This document shows positions 55,849 through 64,000 of a stretch of 64,000 nt of DNA, in pieces. The position numbers and the translations under genes are program-made. The number at the start of each line of letters is the position of its first letter. Positions within the stretch are counted from its first letter, which is position 1. Origin of the DNA: Octopus vulgaris (taxonomy: Eukaryota); NCBI GenBank assembly GCA_951406725.2, contig OX597822.1, forward strand, positions 17,360,001-17,424,000. The letters run 5' to 3'. The notes under the pieces are model-generated. The model was not told the origin of the DNA and ran no database searches. It worked only from the letters and a program-made list of their open reading frames with translations.

Positions 55849-56524
55849 GTAAATATATGGTACAACGAAGTACCGATATTTACTGGCAGTAAGACAATTT
55901 TTTTCAATTTTGTTGCACACACGCATTTTTGCTAGTACATACGTGGTAAAGCTATACATTAGCGTCGTATTTATTACGTTCGCTATTTTCCAGTAAATAT
56001 CGGTACTTCGTTGTGCCATATATTTACTTCTATGTATAATTTTCCCTCACGGGCTATTCTTTACTGGAAAGCAATACTCTCGTATTGCATTACTATTTTT
56101 ATTGAAACTTCTTCACTGTTCTCGTTCTGTCAGCGTTTGGCGTTTCAGTCGAGTGTATTGGCATTGATGCGGCAACATTTGAAATGTTGTCGAGGTATAT
56201 GTTGGCTGATGAAGATAAATCAAGTATGTGTGCAGACATATCTTGAAAAATCTGAAACCAGTACCACATTATCCCATTCTAGGTATTTCATCTTTCAGAT
56301 GTTCTCCCTGGAGGTAAGACAATTTAAAAAAATTTTGTTGCACACACACATTTTTGCTAGTACATACGCGGTGAAGCTATACATTAGTGTCGTATTTATT
56401 ACGTTCGCTATTTTCCAGTAAATATCGGTACTTCGTTGTACCATATATTTACTTCTATGTATAATTTTCTCTCACGGGCTATTCTTTACTGGAAAGCAAT
56501 ACTCTCGTATTGCATTACTATTTA
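55843..56524 (+). mobile_element. Non-coding HHR-containing tandem element (425-nt unit, about 1.5 copies, 5' inverted piece), flanked by (TA)n
   Basis: 55889-56100 is repeated at 56314-56524. 55843-55886 is the reverse complement of an internal segment. HHR at 56201-56267. Confidence 0.8.
56201..56267 (+). ncRNA. Minimal type-I hammerhead ribozyme with canonical core
   Basis: tgg-CTGATGA-agat..tcaag...cttga..atct-GAAAC-ca-GTA-cca. All core nucleotides are present. Confidence 0.8.
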
Positions 56525-56528
56525 TATA

Positions 56529-56574
<46 letters not shown>

Positions 56575-56640
56575 ATTTTATTTGTTAGGGAATAAAAATT
56601 CCGGCATAACAGGGGTTCAAATTATTCTCAATGACAAAAT

Positions 56641-56926
56641 ATATATTTTCACTTAGAGATAGTAGGCCCCTTCATCTCACCATATAAAAAAGAATTTTTA
56701 TTTTAAATACCTACAACTTTACAACTTGGCTATACGTGTTTCATGAGGTACATTTCCCAGTTTCTAAACCACTCCGTGTTTTGCTGGAGCCATTCTTAAA
56801 ATATAACGGGAAATGTACCTCATGAAACACATGTAGCCAAGTTATAAAGTAGTAGGTATTTGAAATAAAAATTCTTTTTTATATGGTGAGATGAAGGGGC
56901 CTACTATCTCTAAATGAAAATATATA
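56641..56926. repeat. Fold-back (arms about 118 bp, 56641-56758 / 56808-56926)
   Basis: agagatagtaggccccttcatctcaccatat.../...atatggtgagatgaaggggcctactatctct. The arms carry GAAAC-acat-GTA-gcc and GAAAC-acgt-ATA-gcc. Confidence 0.9.
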
Positions 56927-56946
56927 TATATACATATATATATATA

Positions 56947-57826
56947 TTAATCAAAATAAAAACATGACTCAAAGGATTTAGCGGTACATATGTTTCGGGC
57001 CTTTATTAGACAGTTTTATAACAATGCATAATTGATGTAAATGTGTGTCTATGTCCTTTTTCAGCCGCGTACAATTACTACTTCAAGGACATATATTACA
57101 TTGTAAGTTTTACGTTGGGGATGCAAATCCTTATAGTCACGTACGACAGAGTGGGGCACCAACACAAAATCAAAGCGTCCATCCTGCTTTTGACTTGATG
57201 TAGAATGAGGAAGTTTGGATGTTGAGCTAGAGAGGGAAGGGGTTGGGGGGGTTGAATCTTTAGTGAGTTAGGGATCACAAAGGGGAAGTAAAAGAGTAAA
57301 AGATTACAAAAGAGTAAAAAAAATTTTTAAATTATATAAGAAAGATATAAGAATATAAAAAAATATATGAGAATATGAAAAATATATATAAGAATATAAA
57401 AAAAAAAGTATCTATGTATATAAATATATAAATAAATATATAAATATATATACATAAATACACAGGACGTGATAAAAACATGGTAATATAATTAATAGAG
57501 ATATAGATAAAGAAGCGAAAATTAAGGACGAAAAAAATAATAAGGATAAGAAAATAAAAGACTATATAAGGGGATGAAGGAAGAAATGTAAGGGGGTGAA
57601 GAACTAACAGGGTGGTCAGAAGATAGTGTATTCTGGTTGTTGAGGCCTACCTATGTTACGGCGGGTGTCATAAATTAACTGTCTGGAGACCAAGTAGATT
57701 GGTCAATCTCAGTTGTCTCGTTTGTGGCTAAACAGTTTATCTACTTCCTCCTAATATACTCTATCACCTACACCACTAAATGGTATATACAGGTGCTTAC
57801 AACTATCAAGTATTCACCCTGAATTT
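56947..57826 (-). mobile_element. 880-bp non-coding HHR-bearing element in TA-rich tracts
   Basis: Both termini and much of the body are shared with the element at 40176-40841. No protein-like ORF. HHR near the 3' end. Confidence 0.8.
56981..57068 (-). ncRNA. Hammerhead ribozyme, same family as 40282-40359, with a core mutation (CTGAAAA)
   Basis: Reverse strand: gcgg-CTGAAAA-aggac...ggccc-GAAAC-atat-GTA-ccgc. Confidence 0.7.
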
Positions 57827-57854
57827 ATATATATTTAAATTACTTAAATTACTT

Positions 57855-58325
57855 ATATATATATATATATATATTTATAAATAAGGATAATATCGATATT
57901 TAAATATTGATATTATCAAGTGGCCAGCATGGGAAAAAATACCGTACAAAGGTAATAATTTTTTACAACTAAAAATAAGGGTGTCTAAGAGACACCACCA
58001 TACCGAAATAGCAGTCAAAACCCTGACTTTAAAAACCACGTTAAATGTTCATATCGTACTATGAGATAAGACAGAGGGACAAAATAGGCTAGCTAAAAAT
58101 ATTATTGAATAATTCAAGATCCAGGATTTCTGGTTTTGCTTTAAATAAGCTTTACCATCATCGGTTGAATATATCATAGTTGAGTGCCCGAATAACATCC
58201 TTTAGCTTCATTGGAGCCTCAAATATGAAGTGCAATTTATTTGGGAGGAATATACAGGGAAGGCAGAACCAGTGAGAAAGTCATTGCTGATGCATATGAA
58301 AAGGTATATGTAATCATGACAATGA
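57855..58325 (-). mobile_element. Unclassified non-coding HHR-bearing insertion between TA tracts
   Basis: Complex sequence bounded by (TA)n, with an internal HHR at 58112-58170. Confidence 0.55.
58112..58170 (-). ncRNA. Type-I hammerhead ribozyme, CCGATGA core variant
   Basis: Reverse strand: attcaa-CCGATGA-tggt..gct..agc..acca-GAAA-tcc t gg-ATC-ttgaat. Stem I is 6 bp and all three helices pair. Confidence 0.72.
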
Positions 58326-58474
58326 ATATATATATATATATATATATATTCTTTATTTTCTCTCCTTGTTTCTTTCTATATTCCTTTCTGTGGAAGAGCG
58401 TAGGCTCAAAATGTTAAAGACTTATTCACTTCCCTAGCATTATACTAATACATCTGTTTGTTGTCTACACCACA

Positions 58475-58622
58475 CATACATACATACATACATACATACA
58501 TACATACATACATACATACATACATGCATGCATGCATGCATGCATGTATGTATGTATGTATGTATGTATGTATGTATGTATGTATGTATGTATGTATGTA
58601 TGTATGTATGTATGTATGTATA
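58475..58622. repeat. Palindromic microsatellite (CATA)n-(CATG)n-(TATG)n
   Basis: Direct reading. The two halves are reverse complements of each other. Confidence 0.95.
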
Positions 58623-59350
58623 TGCACACATCAATATGATATTGTTGTTTTTCCATTTACACAACATTTTCCTTTTGCTCTACATTGTTGCAGACTTGCA
58701 CATCCATGTACATACACACACCTACATATACATTCAAGAATGAACACAGGTAGACTTCAAACTTTATATTCTGAATCAAATATACTACTACAATATTTTA
58801 CAGTGGAGTCATTATTCCCACCTACACTAAAATATCTAATAATTTTGACTAGTTTAGTCAAATATTGGTCAAATAAATATTTAAATATGAAGCAAGTCAT
58901 CTCAAACTTATAGAGGAAATTTCATTTAAGTATTTATAATACTAGTTTATATGCTCAAAATCTTTGTGAAAGAAAACTAATTAATTTAGTGTCATAAAAT
59001 TTACAATTTCACCTGCTGTAACAGAATAATATTTTGTACCAATCCAAAAACAGCAAACAAAAAACCAGTGTAAGCCAGAATAAATTCATATTTTACTTCC
59101 ATTTGGAACATATATTCCTGTGACCATACACACATAAATGCACAGGCATCTTGTTGCAGTAAGAAGTTTGATTTGGAGCCACATCACTTGGAGTTCAGTT
59201 TGTGTATGTATGACTTATTGCATATTTGCCTTCTCTCGACATGCACACATAGATTGTAATCAAAGCATCACCATTCATTTATCCATATATAAACATATTT
59301 AAACAGGCCCATCCGTCCATCTATCTACATATACACAAGCATACAAAATT

Positions 59351-59586
59351 GAGATGACAAAGGAACAAACAATTATTTTATGAACTTTGTTAGCTTTGTT
59401 AGCTTACAGCTGTTTCTGTCATAGGATGCAGTTGGCTCATAGCTTCCTCACACTTCATGTCTGAAGCACCAATGAAACTATAAGGTGTTACTCAGGCACT
59501 TGGCTATGAGTCCACTGCACCTTATGGCAGAAACAGGTGTAAGCTGATGAAGTTCATAAAATAATTGTTTATTCCACTGCCATCTC
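59351..59586. repeat. Diverged fold-back (arms 59351-59443 / 59503-59586)
   Basis: aacaattattttatgaactt / aagttcataaaataattgtt. The arms contain GAAAC-ag(c/g)t-GTA-agc. Confidence 0.8.
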
Positions 59587-59743
59587 ATTTTCTCATTACT
59601 GCTCTGTACTCTACAAATGCTTCATTCTGAAGCATTATATATTGAATTCTACACCAGGTTATGAGTATCACAATGCCTAAGAAAATATTAAAACACATAC
59701 ATACACACACACACACACACACATATTTAATTCTTACATACCA

Positions 59744-60301
59744 TCTCTGATGAGGGGATATCTTTTATTTCCTGGAAGCAACTGGAAGACTACCCTCCTC
59801 TTTATAAAATGTCCTAGAAATTTCACACTTCCTTGGCTTTGTTGTCTCATTTTATTTAATCAATACATGCTCACACACAACCCACGTTAGACTCTTCACT
59901 CATACTATTATCGAAGCAGGCATTTCCCTTAAGGACACGCCTATTCCTTCACAAAACCTTTCCTCTTACTCACCAAAACTAAGGACCTCATCCAAAGAAT
60001 GCAGTGGAAAGCCTTCCTCCATGACAACCATAACAACCAGAGTGATAATAACATCAACACATACAATCTCTGATCCTACAAAAATTGTCCACACATTTGA
60101 ACTCTACTATTTCCTTCTATTAATCTCTCTCGTATCGTGTCTGATGAGGGGAAATCTTTTATATCCCTGAAGCAGCTGTAAGATTACCCGTCTCTTTATA
60201 AAATGTCCTAAAAATTTCACACTGCCTTGCCTTTGTTGTTTCATTTTATTTAACCAATACACACTCACACACGACCTACATTAGACTCCTCACTCATACT
60301 A
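59744..60301 (+). mobile_element. Mini Penelope derivative: pLTR - N-terminal ORF stub - pLTR (394-bp period)
   Basis: Direct repeats of about 160 bp starting at CTGATGA 59747 and 60141. The spacer translates SLKDTPIPSQ..TKTKDLIQRMQWKAFLHD, like PLE N-termini (SLKNIPIPS..FIKRMRWKAFF). Confidence 0.75.
60138..60183 (+). ncRNA. Degenerate hammerhead (second copy at about 59744-59790)
   Basis: CTGATGA-ggggaaat..atatccct-GAAGC-agct-GTA-aga. Both copies have GAAGC in place of GAAAC. Confidence 0.6.
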
Positions 60302-60408
60302 GTACTTATTCTATTGGTTTCTTTTGTCAAATTGCTATGTTACAGGAACATAAACACACCAACTCTGGTTGTCAAGCAGTGGTGGGGGACAACCCCCCCA
60401 CACACACA

Positions 60409-60468
<60 letters not shown>

Positions 60469-60631
60469 TGTTTAACTTCTACTTTCCATGCTGGCATGGG
60501 TTGGATGGTTTGATTGAGGACTTGAAAGCCAGGAGATTCCACCAGGCTCCGATCTGATTTGGCAAGGTTTCCACAGCTGGATCCTTATCTTAATGCCAAC
60601 CACTCCAAGATTGTAGTGGGTGATCTTTATG

Positions 60632-60685
<54 letters not shown>

Positions 60686-60769
60686 TTTAAATACACAACA
60701 AAAAGAGCTATTAATGGTTTCATGCTTTCATGATACTTGAACAAGCATATTAATAAAATATGCCATGTA

Positions 60770-61500
60770 TCTTAAAGCAATCTTTCAGGGTCTGTTTAAG
60801 CATTATATATATTTTAAAAACAAGGATGCTGTACAGTAGGAAAATAAGAAAAAAACATGAAAATTTTGGTACAAAAAATGGAATGAGAAAAAGAAATGAC
60901 ATCAAGAAAACTAAGATCGTCATCCTCCTTGATTGCAGAAAGCTCATTAAATACAAATGGTTCAGAACAAAATAACAGGAAATATGTCAAAGTCTGCAAG
61001 AGACCAACTCGATCTGGTGTGGGTGAAGCTTTTCAAATTGAAAAAAGAAAACCTGTCCATGAATCTATACTTGCTAAAAATTTGCAAATAGCTGGACCTA
61101 AGAGATCCTTCTGCTACGCATAAGTTGCACTTCTTCAATTCATTAACATATGGCTTGGATTTCTCCTCTATTCTCTACTTAATTGCATGTGGTGTAGAGC
61201 TGTTCTTCTAATTCCATATGTGGCTTGCCAACTTAGTTGCATTGCTTTTATTGATGTGCCAGTCAGAAAGAAGACAGGTGGTTTGCATAATGTCTCTTGA
61301 ATTCACCCTCACATAACCCAATGGAACTCTTCTTTTCAACTGATTTGTCTTGGAGCATAGCTGTAACTTCAGCCTTGTATATGACAGAGTTTATCATACA
61401 TGCCTGGTCAAGTGGGCAAGCTTCAGGGTCCTAACAGTTACAACTGTTAGTGATTTTCACGAGTTATAGTGTACTTCATATTGGGGCAGCAGTTGTATAT
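60770..61500 (-). mobile_element. Second, diverged Penelope-like GIY-YIG remnant
   Basis: Reverse strand reads NSCNC*DPEACPLDQACMINSVIYKAEV...IGLCEGEFKRHYANHLSSF...ATKLASHIWN...KSKPYVNELKKCNLCVAE, with stops. Confidence 0.85.
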
Positions 61501-61639
61501 TTTTACTGAGTGTCTGTTAGAAATTTTCCTGTATTTACAATTTATTGCAAATAGACCAAAAAATAGACCTAAAAGAATAATTTAGTTCACCCCCCCCCTT
61601 TCTCCCTTAATTTTAAGACTTAATGTAGGCAAGGAATTC

Positions 61640-62152
61640 TTGTCTCTTTTAGATAACATTTTCTAGTCCAATCCTCCACATCACTTTACTACATATATAT
61701 TCTTCCTCCATTGTATGCCCTCACACATCTCCACCACCATCTCTCTCCTTTCTTCTATCTTTCTCTCTAAATCTATTTTTCTCCATTTTTTCCTAACTGG
61801 AATATCCTTGTATCACTTCAACTGCAAGATACCCATCTCTATCCCTGTATTATTCTTTTTAACCTCTCATCAATTGGCACAAAGCCACCTCCCTCAATAC
61901 TGCTCACCCGCCCACTCAAGGAGTCTTTGACTTGCAAATCACTTGGTGACCCCACTGGTGCTGGTGCCACGCAAAAAGCACTCACTATACTCAGTAAAGT
62001 GTTTGCTGTTAGGAAGGGCATCAGCTGCAGAAACCATGCCAAATCAGGCAATACAGCTTGAAACAATACTCTGACTTGCCAGCTCTTGTAAATTCATTCA
62101 ACACATGCTAGCATGGAAAATGAACATTAAATGATGATGATGATGATGATGA
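61640..62152 (+). mobile_element. RTE 3' UTR/tail fragment
   Basis: CT-rich stretch, then gttaggaagggcatc...catgctagcatggaaaatgaacattaaat(gat)n. Confidence 0.75.
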
Positions 62153-64000
62153 TATATATATATATGTATGTATGTTTGTAGCCACACACACATATACATA
62201 TAGGCACAAAAGAGAGTAATGAAAATCTTTTAGTTCTGAGACAAAAATTTACAGAGGCTAAAAGGAGTAATGAATCAACCATGATAGACCTACTCATCTG
62301 TCCCAATTGTTTAATTAACAGGATTTCTCTTCCACCTCATCCTAATTAAATGGAAGCATAAATGATTGTGCACAATTTTTTAAGATTTAACTAACTTTTT
62401 CTAAATATTCCTTTAGTGTATCTTATCTATCTGTATTATGGCTGTTCTTTGCTATCATTTCAAAGCATTTTCACTTAAATGGTTATTCAGGGACATTATA
62501 TATATATCCATCACATTGCTGCCACCACTTACACTTATTTATTCAATCCCACAAGTTTAGTTTGATTAACCATCAAATCCTATTGAACTTGCTTCTATTA
62601 TGCTTTCTATTATGTTCCTGGATTTCACTGTTTGTCTATTGCTTAACATTTCCAAATTATCAGAGATACTTGAAACAGTCTAGTTTTCCCTATACAGTAT
62701 GAAATAATTTGCTCTTACTGGATAAGACCAATCACTTCTGATTGAGAGGTTGAATAAAACAGATGTTTTATAATTTCCTTCATATAACCACATTATCTAA
62801 AATTTTAAAACCTGAAATTTAGAACATGTAGTATTCATTTGAAGTATGAAAAATTTTGGAAATGGTATTTAATTGTAACTTTGACTATGTAAAGTGAGTC
62901 TCTAATATTACTTCAAATTTTTTAAACCAATTATCAATATAAATGAAATAGAAAACTATAAATGTTTACACTTTTTTCTTTAAATTAAAAAACAAAAGAA
63001 AAATGAGAAATAACATACATGTACATGGAAGCAGCATTAGTTGTTTTTAGCCAATAATGATGTTACTGAATGCTACAGATAAATATAGTACATTTTCTAT
63101 ATAAAAACATGGTTGTGAACTGAAAGCTAAAATTGGTTAATTTTTGAAATTTCACTTTATGATTTATTTCATGATTAGATCAATAGCAAAAATGTTTTTA
63201 AAAAAATAAAACCTCAGGTAAATTTTACTTTTATTTTCCAATTTATTACTTACACATACATAAAAATATTCTTTTGTTACATTATTGTTACAATGAAATG
63301 AAATTATTCCTACATCAATCATGTGATAAATTTGAAAGTTACCATTAAAAAAGAAATTTTAAAAGTTGATAAAATACAATAGGTACATCTAAGACAACTT
63401 TGAAAAAATGCTTTGACATGTTTCTAACAAAACAAAAAAATAATAAATAAATAAATATAACTTTTACATGTTGAATCAAATCAATAGCAATTACCATCAA
63501 AGACTTATATAGTTTATATAATTTGATGTTTGTCTGTTACCAATATAGGTATATTCTTTGTGTCAATGGGTAACATCTTCAAGTATTCATCACAATTTTA
63601 AATACATCAATTTAGAGACACAGTGACTGAGTACATGATATACAGAATTACTTCTCCTTAGGACACCTTATGCTTATAGTATACAACTTTGCTCAGTGAA
63701 ATGAACAAATACTAGGTTGTCCCTCCCCCATTTATATCACTGAAATTGTGTATATTACACACTAAATTAAGCTAGCAAAGAAACAACAATGACTTTATTT
63801 GTTCCATTTGCATTTTGTAATTTGTACCAATATTCATTTACTTCTTCTTTAAATCATTGTATAAATAATATTCAAACCAGATATGTTCCTAACTCTAACA
63901 GTGAATGAATTATCTTAATTTTCAAAACTATGTCAACTATAAGAGGACTATGCCATCATCACAGAGATAAAAATAAAAGAAAAAAGTCTAACAGAGAGCA

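Overview
AT-rich, repeat-saturated eukaryotic DNA. The SINE, RTE-LINE and Penelope families and the dense (TA)n/(CA)n/(GAT)n microsatellites look like an octopus (coleoid cephalopod) genome; this is an inference. I recognised only one host exon: a 174-bp minus-strand exon (15349-15522) of RXYLT1/TMEM5 (ribitol xylosyltransferase), so most of the window is probably intronic. Mobile DNA includes a near-full-length but dead RTE LINE with a PHD-type finger inserted in its RT region (about 43.1-46.6 kb) plus many fragments, two Penelope-like (GIY-YIG) remnants, an R4/Dong-type LINE fragment, two Tc1/mariner remnants, several tRNA-derived SINE families and a 2.16-kb tandem duplication. The most unusual signal is a set of minimal type-I hammerhead ribozyme (HHR) motifs, read by eye, in several unrelated short non-coding elements. 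They cluster densely at 55.8-60.3 kb, mostly separated by (TA)n tracts. They include a 425-nt tandem monomer (retrozyme-like), an 880-bp element with a rearranged second copy at 40.2-40.8 kb, fold-backs built from half-ribozymes and two CCGA(N)GA core variants. Repeat boundaries are approximate unless given to the base.
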